Origin: Rhizobiales bacterium 65-9
Lineage (GTDB): Bacteria; Pseudomonadota; Alphaproteobacteria; Rhizobiales; Beijerinckiaceae
Reading direction: 5' to 3'
Length of the DNA stretch: 64,000 nt
Assembly (NCBI GenBank): GCA_001899525.1
Contig: MKVY01000029.1
Coordinates: 112,733 to 176,732 of the forward strand
Shown here: positions 1 to 9,762 of the stretch, in pieces
How the letters are laid out: each line of letters starts with the position of its first letter
How positions within the stretch are numbered: position 1 is the stretch's first letter
Position numbers and translations under genes: made by a program
Notes under the pieces: generated by a model
Databases searched by the model: none
What the model was told of the DNA's origin: nothing
What the model saw: only the letters and a program-made list of their open reading frames with translations

Positions 1-34
1 TGCATGTGCGCTCCAGGTCGATCTCCTCGTCCAC
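1..34 (-). CDS. YlxR/DUF448-like RNA-binding protein, 5' end only (runs off the window)
   Basis: The minus strand reads GTG-GAC-GAG-GAG-ATC-GAC-CTG-GAG-CGC-ACA-TGC (VDEEIDLERTC). An ERTC motif near the N-terminus is typical of the ylxR-like gene found between nusA and infB. An in-frame TGA lies just upstream of the GTG. Confidence 0.35.
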   Translation of the reverse strand, partial: MDEEIDLERTC

Positions 35-61
35 CGGCCGTCACGCCGCGCCGGATCGCCG

Positions 62-1669
62 TCAGGCGGTCGCGCCTTCGGCGGCCTCCGCCGGCGCCGG
101 CTCCTCGATCCATCCCGCCTTGACGCGCGCGGCCATGATGATCGCCTCGATCTCGTCGCGCGACAGGTCCATGCCGTCGAGCAGGCCGGGATGCTTGGTG
201 GTCTCGACATGGCGTTCGCCATGCTTCTCGGTCACCTTGCGCTCGCTCCAGCCCGCCAGCTCGTCGGTGGCGCAGCCTGCGAGATCCTCCACCGTCTTGA
301 CGCCGTCCTCGCCGAGCTTGACCATCATCTCGGTGGTGACGCCCGGCACCTCGCGCATCTCGTCGGCGACGCCGAGCTCCTTGCGGCGCGCGTCGCGCTC
401 AGCTTCCAGGGCGGCGAGATAATCCAGCGCCCGTCGCTGGATTTCGCCTGCGGTGTCCTCGTCGAAGCCGTCGATGCTGGCCAGCTCCAGGATCGGCACA
501 TAGGCCACGTCCTCGACGCTGCGATAGCCTTCCGAGGCGAGAAGCTGTCCGACCGTCTCGTCGACGTTGAGCGCGGTCATGAACAGCGTCGAGCGCTCGA
601 CGAACTCCTTCTGGCGCCGCTCGGATTCCTCCTGCTCGGTCAGGATGTCGATGTTCCATCCCGTGAGCTGGGAGGCGAGACGCACATTCTGGCCGCGCCG
701 TCCGATCGCCAGCGAGAGCTGGTCGTCGGGCACGACGACGTCGATGCGCTCGGCGTCCTCGTCGAGCACCACCTTCGCGACCTCGGCCGGCTGCAGCGCG
801 TTGACGATGAAGGTCGCCACGTCCTGCGACCACGGAATGATGTCGATGCGCTCGCCCTGCAGTTCGCCGACCACGGCCTGCACGCGCGAGCCGCGCATGC
901 CGACGCAGGCGCCGACGGGATCGATCGAGGAATCGTTGGAGATGACGGCGATCTTGGCGCGCGAGCCCGGATCGCGCGCGACGGCCCTGATCTCGATGAT
1001 GCCGTCATAGATTTCCGGCACCTCCTGAGCGAACAGCTTCGCCATGAACTGGGGATGGGTGCGCGACAGGAAGATCTGCGGCCCGCGCTGCTCGCGGCGC
1101 ACGTCGAAGATATAGGCGCGGATGCGGTCGCCCGGCTTGAAGGTTTCGCGCGGGACCAACTCGTCGCGCCGCGCGATCGCCTCGCCGCGTCCGAGATCGA
1201 CGACGACATTGCCGTATTCGACGCGCTTCACCACGCCGTTGACGATCTCGCCGATGCGGTTCTTGTAGTCGTCATACTGGCGCTCGCGCTCGGCGTCGCG
1301 CACCTTCTGGACGATGACCTGCTTGGCCGACTGCGCCGCGATGCGGCCGAACTCGAAGGGCGGAAGCTGTTCGGAAATCACGTCGCCGGCCTGCGCGGCG
1401 GGATTCTTGAGGCGCGCGTCCTCGATGGAGATCTGCTTGGCGGAATCCTCCACCAGATCGACCACGAGCATATGGCGCGATAGGCGCAGCTCGCCGGTCT
1501 TGGGATTGATCTCGGCGTGAATGTCGGTCTCGGCGCCGTAGCGCGAGCGCGCCGCCTTGGCGTAGCTGTCCTCCATCGCCGCGATGACGATCTCGCGCTC
1601 GATCATCTTCTCGCGCGCGACGGCGTCGGCGATCTGCAGCAGTTCGAGTCGGTTTGCGCTGACGGCCAT
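62..1669 (-). CDS. nusA: transcription termination/antitermination factor NusA
   Basis: 535-aa ORF. It has an N-terminal [14 protein letters not shown] segment, an S1 segment [21 protein letters not shown] and KH segments [18 protein letters not shown] and [19 protein letters not shown]. It lies directly downstream of rimP. Confidence 0.97.
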   Translation of the reverse strand: MAVSANRLELLQIADAVAREKMIEREIVIAAMEDSYAKAARSRYGAETDIHAEINPKTGELRLSRHMLVVDLVEDSAKQISIEDARLKNPAAQAGDVISEQLPPFEFGRIAAQSAKQVIVQKVRDAERERQYDDYKNRIGEIVNGVVKRVEYGNVVVDLGRGEAIARRDELVPRETFKPGDRIRAYIFDVRREQRGPQIFLSRTHPQFMAKLFAQEVPEIYDGIIEIRAVARDPGSRAKIAVISNDSSIDPVGACVGMRGSRVQAVVGELQGERIDIIPWSQDVATFIVNALQPAEVAKVVLDEDAERIDVVVPDDQLSLAIGRRGQNVRLASQLTGWNIDILTEQEESERRQKEFVERSTLFMTALNVDETVGQLLASEGYRSVEDVAYVPILELASIDGFDEDTAGEIQRRALDYLAALEAERDARRKELGVADEMREVPGVTTEMMVKLGEDGVKTVEDLAGCATDELAGWSERKVTEKHGERHVETTKHPGLLDGMDLSRDEIEAIIMAARVKAGWIEEPAPAEAAEGATA

Positions 1670-1672
1670 GAA

Positions 1673-2314
1673 TCACTCCTGGGTCTTGTCGGGGCGCGGT
1701 TTCTGCGCGCCGTCCGATGTTTCTTTGGATGGTTGCCGGCGCGGCTTCTGCGCGCCCTTCGCGCCTTTCGGGCGCGCTCCGGTGCGTCCGAGCGCCACGT
1801 CGATCAGCGCGTCGGTGAGCGTCAGCCGCGCCTCGTGCATGTCGGCGATCGGGATGCGCCACAGCGCGTCCTCGCCCTCCGGCGCGTCGGGATTGCGCAC
1901 GAGCGCCGCGTCGCCCTCGACGCCCTCGATGACGCCGCGATAACGTTTGCGGCCGTCATGGGGGACGGCCATCTCGATCTTGGCGTCATGTCCGCGCCAG
2001 CGGATGAAATCGGCGGCGCGCACGAGCGGCCGGTCGATTCCGGGCGAGGAGATTTCGAGGTTGTACTCGCCCGCGATCGGATCCTCGACGTCGAGCACCG
2101 GCGAGATCGCCCGACTCACCGCCTCGCATTCGTCCACGCCCATGGTCCCGTCCTGCCGCTCGGCCATGATCTGGACCGTGCAGCCGTTCTGCGCCGTCAC
2201 CTTGACGCGCACGAGGCGAAAGCCGAGCCCCTCGATGGGCGGCTCGACGATGGCGGCGACGCGCGCCGCAAGGCCAGTTTCCGTGATGAGGCGCGGTTCG
2301 GCGCTCATGGGCAT
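1673..2314 (-). CDS. rimP: ribosome maturation factor RimP
   Basis: The translation contains GFRLVRVKV...[14 protein letters not shown], typical of RimP. Its stop is 4 nt upstream of nusA. The start is taken as ATG 2314; ATG 2308 is also possible. The tracked ORF start at 2386 would run through the leader terminator. Confidence 0.92.
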   Translation of the reverse strand: MPMSAEPRLITETGLAARVAAIVEPPIEGLGFRLVRVKVTAQNGCTVQIMAERQDGTMGVDECEAVSRAISPVLDVEDPIAGEYNLEISSPGIDRPLVRAADFIRWRGHDAKIEMAVPHDGRKRYRGVIEGVEGDAALVRNPDAPEGEDALWRIPIADMHEARLTLTDALIDVALGRTGARPKGAKGAQKPRRQPSKETSDGAQKPRPDKTQE

Positions 2315-2355
2315 CCGCTCAGGCGTTCGCTTGCAAACCCAGCCCCGCGCCGGCC

Positions 2356-2388
2356 AATAAAAAAGAGCGGGTCCCGGGGGACCCACTC
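2356..2388 (-). terminator. intrinsic terminator in the rimP-nusA leader (candidate attenuator)
   Basis: The minus strand reads GAGUGGGUCCC-(short loop)-GGGACCCGCUC followed by UUUUUUAUU. This sits about 45 nt upstream of the rimP ATG. No upstream gene on this strand needs terminating. Confidence 0.6.
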
Positions 2389-2430
2389 TCGTTCTGTGAC
2401 CTTGCGATCACGCGGAGTTGTCTGCTGCGG

Positions 2431-2459
2431 CATATACGCGCGACGCGCCGCCTCCGCAA
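2431..2459 (-). promoter_or_regulatory. sigma70-like promoter TTGCGG-N17-TATATG for the rimP-nusA leader
   Basis: On the minus strand the -35 TTGCGG is at 2459-2454 and the -10 TATATG is at 2436-2431, with exactly 17 nt between them. It lies about 40 nt upstream of the leader terminator stem. Confidence 0.45.
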
Positions 2460-2547
2460 GGCCGCTTCCGCAAGAGCGTCTGCGACGGTCGGAGCCGGCT
2501 GTCCTCCCGATGACGGCGCCCTCGCGGCGCCGTAGGAAGATCGCGTC

Positions 2548-3588
2548 ATGCCAGATTCCCGCCTGCCCGACGCCCGCCAGATCCTCGCCGCCATCCCGAG
2601 CCCCGCCATTCTCGTCGGCGCAGCGGACGAGGTGATCGGCGCCAACGGCGCGGCGCTCGCGCTGTTCCCGCGCCTGCGCCTCGGCGAGCCGCTCTGGGCG
2701 GGCGTGCGGGCGCCGGGCATTCTCGCCGCCACCACCGCGGCGCGTGGCGGCGGCGCCCGGGCGGTCGAGCATATCGAGCGGGTTCCGGTCGAGCGCCATT
2801 ACGCCGTGCAGGCGACCGCGGTGCCCGACGCGGAAGGCCAGGTGCTGCTGCTGTTTCGCGACCGTACGTCGGAGCTGGCCGCCGAGCGCATGCGCACGGA
2901 CTTTGTCGCCAACGCCAGCCATGAACTGAGGACGCCGCTCGCTTCGCTGATCGGCTTCATCGAAACCCTGCAGGGCGCGGCCCGCAACGACGCCAACGCG
3001 CGCGAGAAGTTCCTCGGCGTGATGGGCGATCAGGCCCGGCGCATGGCGCGCCTGATCGACGATCTCCTGTCCTTGTCCCGCATCGAGATGAGCCGCCATC
3101 TGCCGCCCTCGACGCCGGTCGCCATCGACGGCGTGGTCCGGGAGGCGGTGGACGGGCTTCGCATGGTCGCGATGGATCGCGGCGCGAGGCTCGAAGCGTC
3201 GATCGCGGGCGGGCCGTGGACGGTCGCCGGCGATCGCGACGAGCTCTATCGCGTCATCGAGAACCTCGCCGAGAACGCGCTTAAATACGGCCGGGAGGGC
3301 GGCCGCGCGGAAATCCTGGTGCGGCCTTCGGCGCAGCCCCTCGGCGAGGGCCGCGCGGTCGAGATCGTCGTCCGCGACGACGGCGTGGGGATCGCGCCCC
3401 AGCACCTGCCGCGCCTCACCGAACGCTTCTATCGCGCTGACGTTAGGGAAAGCAGGCAGAAAGGCGGCACCGGCCTGGGGCTGGCCCTGGTCAAGCACAT
3501 CGTCGGCCGTCATCGCGGCCGTCTCGACATCGCGAGCGAGCTCGGCAAGGGGTCGACCTTCACGGTGACGCTGCCGCTGCTCCCCTGA
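2548..3588 (+). CDS. phoR: phosphate regulon sensor histidine kinase PhoR (soluble, PAS-HisKA-HATPase)
   Basis: The H-box is FVANASHELRTPLASLIGF. N, G1 and G2 boxes are ENLAENALKYG, VRDDGVGI and GGTGLGLALVKHIV. It sits immediately upstream of pstSCAB-phoU-phoB. Confidence 0.85.
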   Translation: MPDSRLPDARQILAAIPSPAILVGAADEVIGANGAALALFPRLRLGEPLWAGVRAPGILAATTAARGGGARAVEHIERVPVERHYAVQATAVPDAEGQVLLLFRDRTSELAAERMRTDFVANASHELRTPLASLIGFIETLQGAARNDANAREKFLGVMGDQARRMARLIDDLLSLSRIEMSRHLPPSTPVAIDGVVREAVDGLRMVAMDRGARLEASIAGGPWTVAGDRDELYRVIENLAENALKYGREGGRAEILVRPSAQPLGEGRAVEIVVRDDGVGIAPQHLPRLTERFYRADVRESRQKGGTGLGLALVKHIVGRHRGRLDIASELGKGSTFTVTLPLLP

Positions 3589-3602
3589 CAGCCGCGCCCC
3601 GC

Positions 3603-3629
3603 GTCATCGAACTGTCATCTGAGCGTCAT
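3603..3629 (+). promoter_or_regulatory. Pho box: three GTCAT half-sites with exact 11-bp phasing
   Basis: The sequence is gcGTCATcgaacTGTCATctgagcGTCATagg. GTCAT occurs at 3603-3607, 3614-3618 and 3625-3629. The array lies about 90-115 nt upstream of the pstS GTG. Confidence 0.7.
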
Positions 3630-3719
3630 AGGGCTCTAATCGAGGCCGCCTACCGAGGCGCGCCGGCCGCCTGCCAATACGGTTGCGCGCGGCCACCGAA
3701 GCCCACCAGGGAGCATCCT

Positions 3720-4739
3720 GTGAAACCGATCCGTTTTTTCGCCGCCGCGGCGTTTGTCGCGGCCTCCGCGATCGCCCCGGCCTCCGCCGCCGACATCACC
3801 GGCGCCGGCGCCACCTTCCCCTTCCCGCTCTATTCCAAGTGGGCCGAGGCCTATAAGGCCGCGACCGGAAACGGGCTGAACTATCAGTCCATCGGCTCCG
3901 GCGGCGGCATCCGTCAGATCAAGGCGAAGACGGTGGATTTCGGCGCGTCCGACATGCCGCTCAAGGGCGAGGATCTCAGCAAGGACGGTCTGATCCAGTT
4001 CCCGTCCGCGATGGGCGCCATCGTTCCGGCGATCAATGTCGCGGGCGTCGAGGCGCGCGGCCTCAAATTCACCGGCCCGATGCTCGCCGACATCTATCTC
4101 GGCAAGATCACGAAATGGAACGACAAGGCGATCGCCGACGTCAATCCGGGCGTGAAGCTGCCCGACGCGACGATCAACGTCGTCTATCGCTCGGACGGAT
4201 CGGGCACGAGCTTCGTGTGGACGGATTATCTGTCGCGCGTCTCTGACGAGTGGAAGGCGAAGATCGGCTCCAACACCTCGGTGAGCTGGCCCGTCGGCAT
4301 CGGCGGCAAGGGCAACGAAGGCGTCTCCGCCTCGGTCAAGCAGGTTGCGAATTCGATCGGCTATGTCGAATACGCCTACGCCAAGCAGAACAAGCTGTCC
4401 TACGGCCTCATCCAGAACAAGGACGGCAAGTTCCCCGCGCCGGAGGACAAGAGCTTCCAGGCCGCGGCGGCGAACGCCGATTGGACCGCGGCGCCGGGCT
4501 ACGGCATCATCCTGAACAATCAGCCGGGCGCCGACGCCTGGCCGATCACCTCGGCCACCTTCATTCTCATCCGCAAGGATGGCGACGCCGCCAAGAACGC
4601 GGCTGCGCTGAAGTTCTTCGACTGGGCCTATTCGAACGGCGACAAGATCGCCGCCGAACTGGAATATGTGCCGCTGCCGGCGACCGTGAAGACGCAGATC
4701 CGCCAGACCTGGGCGAAGGAACTGAAGTTCACCAACTGA
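3720..4739 (+). CDS. pstS: phosphate ABC transporter substrate-binding protein PstS
   Basis: GTG start preceded by GGGAG. The signal peptide is MKPIRFFAAAAFVAASAIAPASA. The mature protein has ITGAGATFPFPLYSKW and SGTSFVWTDYL motifs. Confidence 0.95.
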   Translation: MKPIRFFAAAAFVAASAIAPASAADITGAGATFPFPLYSKWAEAYKAATGNGLNYQSIGSGGGIRQIKAKTVDFGASDMPLKGEDLSKDGLIQFPSAMGAIVPAINVAGVEARGLKFTGPMLADIYLGKITKWNDKAIADVNPGVKLPDATINVVYRSDGSGTSFVWTDYLSRVSDEWKAKIGSNTSVSWPVGIGGKGNEGVSASVKQVANSIGYVEYAYAKQNKLSYGLIQNKDGKFPAPEDKSFQAAAANADWTAAPGYGIILNNQPGADAWPITSATFILIRKDGDAAKNAAALKFFDWAYSNGDKIAAELEYVPLPATVKTQIRQTWAKELKFTN

Positions 4740-4747
4740 TCGCGGCT

Positions 4748-4778
4748 GGCGGCCCGGGCGACGTTCGTCCGGGCCGCC
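4748..4778 (+). other. perfect 10-bp GC stem-loop between pstS and pstC
   Basis: GGCGGCCCGG (4748-4757), an 11-nt loop, then CCGGGCCGCC (4769-4778). There is no U-run after it. Confidence 0.5.
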
Positions 4779-4859
4779 GTCGATGCGGATGGACGCTCCG
4801 CTTGGAGCGAAGGGATTGCGCCAGGGACGGGCGCGGCGTTCGAGGGCGGGGTTGTTGGA

Positions 4860-5843
4860 ATGAGCACGGCGTCGATGTCGACTGCGGATGATGCGGGCGC
4901 CCGCATGTCGCGCGCCCAGAGGATCAAGCCGTCGAGCGGTTCGGACAAGCTGTTCGAGCTGGCGAGCAGGAGCGCGGCTTATTTCGTCCTCATTCTCCTC
5001 GCCGGCATCATGATCTCCATGGTGATCGGCGGCTGGCCGGCGTTCAGGGAGTTCGGCCCGGGCTTCCTCACCTCTTCCGTCTGGGACACCCAGTCCGAGC
5101 AGTACGGCGCATGGCCGGCCATCGTCGGCACCCTGACGACGGCGCTCATCGCCATGGTCGTCGGCGTGCCTCTCTCGCTCGGCATCGCCATCTTCCTCAC
5201 CCAGCTCGCGCCGGGATGGATGAAGAAGCCGGTCTCCACGGCGGTCGAGCTTCTCGCGGCCGTGCCCAGCATCATTTACGGCATGTGGGGGCTTTTCGTT
5301 TTCGTGCCGCTGTTCGCCGCCTTTGTGCAGATCCCGGTCTCCAGCCTGACGGAAGGCCTGCCGATCGTCGGCACGATCCTCTATGCGCGGTCTCCTTCGG
5401 GGCTCGGCATTCTCACCGCCGGCCTCATCCTGGCTTTCATGATCGTGCCCTTCATCGCTTCGATCACGCGCGACATGCTCGAACAGATTCCGACCGTGCT
5501 GCGCGAGAGCGCTTATGGCATCGGCTGCACCACCTGGGAGGTGGTTCGATATGTGCTGTTGCCGCAGGCCGGCGTCAGCATCATCGGCGCCACGATGCTC
5601 GGTCTCGGCCGCGCCCTCGGCGAGACGATGGCCGTCACCTTCGTCGTCGGCAACGCCAACCGTCTCTCCGCCTCGATTTTCGATCCCGGTTCGACGATCG
5701 CCTCGCGCGTCGCCAACGAATTCAATGAAGCGCTCGGCATGCAGATGAGCGCGCTGATCGCGCTCGGCTGCATCCTGTTCTTCGTCACTTTCGCCGTCCT
5801 CGTCTGCGCCCGCCTGCTCGTGGCGCGCGTCGGCAAGATCTGA
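4860..5843 (+). CDS. pstC: phosphate ABC transporter permease PstC
   Basis: 327-aa multi-TM protein with an EAA-type loop ([14 protein letters not shown]). Its position between pstS and pstA fits. Confidence 0.95.
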   Translation: MSTASMSTADDAGARMSRAQRIKPSSGSDKLFELASRSAAYFVLILLAGIMISMVIGGWPAFREFGPGFLTSSVWDTQSEQYGAWPAIVGTLTTALIAMVVGVPLSLGIAIFLTQLAPGWMKKPVSTAVELLAAVPSIIYGMWGLFVFVPLFAAFVQIPVSSLTEGLPIVGTILYARSPSGLGILTAGLILAFMIVPFIASITRDMLEQIPTVLRESAYGIGCTTWEVVRYVLLPQAGVSIIGATMLGLGRALGETMAVTFVVGNANRLSASIFDPGSTIASRVANEFNEALGMQMSALIALGCILFFVTFAVLVCARLLVARVGKI

Positions 5844-5853
5844 GGAGGCCGCC

Positions 5854-6756
5854 ATGACCGCAGCCGCTCCAACCGCTTCCGCCGCCGCGCCGCTTTATGT
5901 GGTGAAGCCTTTCGTCAGCCGCGTGAGCGCCGCGCGTCGCGCCCGCGACAAGGCGTTGAAGGTTCTGTCCGTGGTATTCACGGGGCTTGGCGTCTTCGTC
6001 CTGTTCTGGATCCTCGGCATGCTCCTGGTGAAGGGCGTGTCGGCCCTGTCGGTCGACGTCTTCACCAAAATCACGCCCGGCCCCGGCACCGCCGGCGGCG
6101 GCCTCGCCAACGCGATCGTCGGCTCGATCCTTCTGACCGCGATCGGCATGCTCATCGCGACGCCGATCGGCGTTCTCGCCGGCACCTATCTCGCGGAATA
6201 TGGCAAGGCGTCGAAGGCGGCCGACCTCGTGCGCTTCATCAACGACATCCTGTTGTCGGCGCCATCGATCCTGATCGGCCTTTTCGTCTATACGCTGCTC
6301 GTGCTTCCGTTCGGCGGCTATTCGGGCTGGGCCGGCGGCGTTGCGCTGGCGATCATCGCGCTGCCGGTGATCGTGCGCACGACCGAGGACATGCTGCGGC
6401 TGGTGCCTGGGCAACTGCGCGAGGCGGGCGCGGCGCTCGGCGCGCCGCCCTCGATCGTCATCCGTCATGTCACCTGGCGCGCCGCGCGGTCGGGCATGAT
6501 CACCGGCGTCCTGCTGGCGATGGCGCGCATCGCCGGCGAAACCGCGCCGCTTTTGTTCACGGCGCTGAACAATAATTTCTGGTTCTCGCCGACGCTGGTC
6601 GGCGGCGTCTCGAATCTGCCCGTGACGATCTATCAGTTCGCCTCGGCGCCGTATGACAACTGGCAGGCGCTCGCCTGGGCCGGCTCGCTGATCATCACCT
6701 TCGCGATCCTCGGCCTGTCCGTCGCGACGCGCTTCATCCTGAGCAAGGGCAACTGA
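5854..6756 (+). CDS. pstA: phosphate ABC transporter permease PstA
   Basis: 300-aa multi-TM protein with [13 protein letters not shown] and [10 protein letters not shown] motifs. It follows pstC. Confidence 0.95.
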   Translation: MTAAAPTASAAAPLYVVKPFVSRVSAARRARDKALKVLSVVFTGLGVFVLFWILGMLLVKGVSALSVDVFTKITPGPGTAGGGLANAIVGSILLTAIGMLIATPIGVLAGTYLAEYGKASKAADLVRFINDILLSAPSILIGLFVYTLLVLPFGGYSGWAGGVALAIIALPVIVRTTEDMLRLVPGQLREAGAALGAPPSIVIRHVTWRAARSGMITGVLLAMARIAGETAPLLFTALNNNFWFSPTLVGGVSNLPVTIYQFASAPYDNWQALAWAGSLIITFAILGLSVATRFILSKGN

Positions 6757-6757
6757 C

Positions 6758-7564
6758 ATGAGTATGGTTTCAGTCTCGGACCGCCCGGCGGAGCTCGACC
6801 TGTCGAAGGTTCCGATCCGCCTCGACGTGAAGAACCTCGATTTCTACTACGGGCAGCACAAGGCCCTGAAAGACGTCAATCTGAGCTTCTACGATCGCCA
6901 GGTCACGGCGCTGATCGGGCCGTCCGGATGCGGCAAGTCCACCTTGCTGCGCATCTTCAACCGCATCTATTCGCTCTACCCCGAGCAGCGCGCGACCGGC
7001 GAGGTGATCCTCGACGGCGCCAATATCCTCGATCCGTCGATCGACCTCAACGAGCTGCGCGCCCGCATCGGCATGGTGTTCCAGAAGCCGACGCCGTTTC
7101 CGATGTCGATCTATGAGAACATCGCCTTCGGCGTCAGGCTCTACGAGAAGGTGTCGCGCGCCGATCTCGACCAGCGCGTGGAAAGCGCGCTCCGTCGCGC
7201 CGCGCTGTGGGACGAGGTGAAGGACAAGCTGCGCCAGTCCGGCATGGGCCTGTCGGGCGGCCAGCAGCAGCGCCTTTGCATCGCCCGCACGATCGCGCAG
7301 CAGCCGGAGATCATCCTGTTCGACGAGCCGACCTCGGCGCTCGACCCGATCTCCACCGGCAAGGTCGAGGATCTTCTCGAGCAGTTGCGCAGCGACTTCA
7401 CCATCGTGATCGTGACGCACAACATGCAGCAGGCGGCGCGCATCTCGCAACGCACGGCCTTCATGTATCTCGGCGAACTCATCGAGATCGGGCCGACGCA
7501 GTCGATCTTCCTCAACCCCACGAAGAAGCAGACGCAGGACTACGTCACCGGCCGGTTCGGCTGA
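6758..7564 (+). CDS. pstB: phosphate ABC transporter ATP-binding protein PstB
   Basis: Walker [10 protein letters not shown], signature [13 protein letters not shown] and Walker [12 protein letters not shown]. Confidence 0.97.
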   Translation: MSMVSVSDRPAELDLSKVPIRLDVKNLDFYYGQHKALKDVNLSFYDRQVTALIGPSGCGKSTLLRIFNRIYSLYPEQRATGEVILDGANILDPSIDLNELRARIGMVFQKPTPFPMSIYENIAFGVRLYEKVSRADLDQRVESALRRAALWDEVKDKLRQSGMGLSGGQQQRLCIARTIAQQPEIILFDEPTSALDPISTGKVEDLLEQLRSDFTIVIVTHNMQQAARISQRTAFMYLGELIEIGPTQSIFLNPTKKQTQDYVTGRFG

Positions 7565-7590
7565 GACCGCGTCTGCGCAGGGAAACGCTC

Positions 7591-8304
7591 ATGAGCCAGC
7601 AACACATCGTCAAATCCTTCGACGCCGATCTCCAGGAGCTGCGCCGCGCTATCGCCGAGATGGGCGGCATCGCGGAAAAGATGCTCGACGACTCGATCGT
7701 GGCGCTCGCGCGCCGCGATCCGGACCTCGCCCACAAGGTGATCAATCTCGATGTCCGCCTCGACGATCTCCAGCGCGAGATCGAGGAGAACGGCATCCTC
7801 ACCATCGCGCGGCGTCAGCCGATGGCGGTCGATCTGCGCGAGATCATCTCGGCGATCCGTATCGCCGGCGACCTCGAGCGCATCGGCGATCTCGCCAAGA
7901 ACATCGCCAAGCGCGTTCTCGTCATCGCCGCGAACATTCAGCTCCCGCGCGCGATCGTCGGCCTCCAGCACATGGCCGAACTGGTCGAGCAGCAGCTCAA
8001 GGACGTGCTCGACGCCTACACGCAGAACGATCTGACGGCGGCGCTGGAGGTGTGGAAGCGCGACGACGGCATCGACGCGCTTTACACGTCGCTGTTCCGC
8101 GAACTCCTCACCTACATGATGGAGGATCCGCGCAACATCACCTCCTGCACCCATCTCCTCTTCTGCGCCAAGAACATCGAGCGCATCGGCGACCACACGA
8201 CCAATGTCGCCGAGACGATTCATTATTGGGTGACCGGCACCCAGCTCAAGGGCGAGCGTCCCAAGGGCGACAACACCAACGTCTCGGTCGAGGTCGAGAA
8301 CTGA
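7591..8304 (+). CDS. phoU: phosphate signalling complex protein PhoU
   Basis: Internal ATG at 7591 (MSQQHIVKSFDADLQEL). The duplicated PhoU motifs are LERIGDLAKNIA and IERIGDHTTNVAE. The longer tracked ORF from 7207 overlaps pstB. Confidence 0.95.
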   Translation: MSQQHIVKSFDADLQELRRAIAEMGGIAEKMLDDSIVALARRDPDLAHKVINLDVRLDDLQREIEENGILTIARRQPMAVDLREIISAIRIAGDLERIGDLAKNIAKRVLVIAANIQLPRAIVGLQHMAELVEQQLKDVLDAYTQNDLTAALEVWKRDDGIDALYTSLFRELLTYMMEDPRNITSCTHLLFCAKNIERIGDHTTNVAETIHYWVTGTQLKGERPKGDNTNVSVEVEN

Positions 8305-8335
8305 GCCCGCGGGAGGAAGTCGAGGACCCTGGCCG

Positions 8336-9055
8336 ATGGCGCCGCGCATCCTGATCGTCGAGGACGAGCCAGCGCTCGTCACGCTGCTGACCTACAATCT
8401 CGAAGCCGAAGGCTTCTCCGTCGAGCATGAGAGCGACGGGGAGGCCGCCGAGCAGCGTCTTAAGGACGAGGCGCCGGATCTTCTGGTTCTCGACTGGATG
8501 CTGCCCGGCTTGTCCGGCATCGAGATCTGCCGCCGGCTCCGGCTGCGCGACGCGACGCGCGCATTGCCGATCATCATGCTGACCGCGCGCGGCGAGGAGA
8601 GCGAACGCATCCGCGGCCTGAAGACCGGCGCCGACGATTACGTCGTGAAGCCCTTCTCGATCCCCGAATTCGTGGCGCGGGTGAGGGCGCTTCTGCGCCG
8701 GGCCGATCCGGGCCGCCTTGCGAACCGCCTCGCGGCCGGCGACATCGAGCTCGACCGTGAGGTGCGGCGCGTCTGGCGCGGCGGCCGCGAGATCATTCTG
8801 GGGCCGACCGAATTCCGCCTGCTCGAATTCCTGATTGAGAAGCCGGGCCGGGTTTATTCGCGCTCGCAGCTCATCGACAGCGTCTGGAGCAGGGATTCCG
8901 AGATCGATGAGCGGACGGTGGACGTCCATGTCGGCCGCCTGCGCAAGGCGCTCGATCATGAGAGGGCGTCAAATCCCATTCGCACCGTGCGCGGCTCGGG
9001 CTACGCTTTCGACGAGACCTATCGCGGTCCGTTCGCGACAGAGCTTTCGGAATGA
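8336..9055 (+). CDS. phoB: phosphate regulon response regulator PhoB
   Basis: The receiver domain has ILIVEDE...DLLVLDWMLPGLSGIE. The winged-helix OmpR-type C-terminus has TVDVHVGRLRKAL...IRTVRGSGY. Confidence 0.95.
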   Translation: MAPRILIVEDEPALVTLLTYNLEAEGFSVEHESDGEAAEQRLKDEAPDLLVLDWMLPGLSGIEICRRLRLRDATRALPIIMLTARGEESERIRGLKTGADDYVVKPFSIPEFVARVRALLRRADPGRLANRLAAGDIELDREVRRVWRGGREIILGPTEFRLLEFLIEKPGRVYSRSQLIDSVWSRDSEIDERTVDVHVGRLRKALDHERASNPIRTVRGSGYAFDETYRGPFATELSE

Positions 9056-9171
9056 AAAAGGCGTGACCCGCCTTTATGGCCTGATCACGCCTGCAGTCGT
9101 TTCCTGATGAAACGCCGGAAAGCGCCGTGCGCGTTTTCGGGAGCGTGGTGATCAGGCGCGATGAAGACCGT

Positions 9172-9723
9172 TCAGATGCGGCTGAGCACGCGCCGGTCAT
9201 GGCGGCGCCGGTCGGCCGGCGGCTGATAGGCGGCGCGCGCGTGATAGGCGCAATAAGGGCCGCCCGAACCGTCGCCCTGCGCGCCGCAATAGCGGAAGTC
9301 CGGGCTCGACGGATCGCCCATCGGCCATTTGCACATGCCTTCGCGCAATTCCATGATCGTGACCCGCTGGGACATCGGGATGACGACCTCTTCGTCGAGT
9401 TCCTGAACCATCGCGTAGGATTCGTCCTGAGGAAGCGCGACCACCTTGAGAGCCGTATTGCCCCGCATCGCAGGCCGCGCGGCCACTCCGGCGGATGCGG
9501 TTGCGACCCCGACCCCGCCGACCCGATGGGTCGCCAGCTTGCGGACCGGACGCGCCACGCTCGATGTGGAGACTTTGGCCCGTCCTGCAAGCCCCAGCCG
9601 GTGCACTTTGCCGATGACGGCGTTTCGCGTGATCTGGCCGAGTTCGCTGGCGATCTGGCTCGCGCTCAGGCCGTCGCTCCACAATTTCCTCAATAATTCA
9701 ATGCGCTCGTCAGTCCACGACAT
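9172..9723 (-). CDS. gcrA: cell-cycle transcriptional regulator GcrA
   Basis: The N-terminus MSWTDERIELLRKLWSDGLSASQIASELG..TRNAVIGKVHRLGL and the C-terminal CKWPMGDP...FCG....GPYC..H match the GcrA signature. Confidence 0.9.
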   Translation of the reverse strand: MSWTDERIELLRKLWSDGLSASQIASELGQITRNAVIGKVHRLGLAGRAKVSTSSVARPVRKLATHRVGGVGVATASAGVAARPAMRGNTALKVVALPQDESYAMVQELDEEVVIPMSQRVTIMELREGMCKWPMGDPSSPDFRYCGAQGDGSGGPYCAYHARAAYQPPADRRRHDRRVLSRI

Positions 9724-9762
9724 GCGCTACTCCTCATTGCCGGCCACAGCGGGCCAAGAAGC

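Noticed and set aside
3636-5855. Very long antisense ORFs: 3636-5855 (-), 25758-27878 (-), 55912-57978 (-), 60303-62180 (-), 21657-24179 (+), and the upstream extension of 43385-45103 (-).
   Set aside because: These are Arg/Ala/Gly/Pro-rich low-complexity translations lying opposite well-supported conserved genes. They are the typical shadow ORFs of high-GC DNA.
9056-9171. Nested inverted repeats between phoB and gcrA (ctgatcac/gtgatcag, aaaggcg/cgccttt, and a GCGC stem with flanking A/T runs) as a possible sRNA.
   Set aside because: The stems are short or imperfect, and the region is simply the convergent 3' spacer of two genes. It is most economically explained by weak bidirectional terminators.
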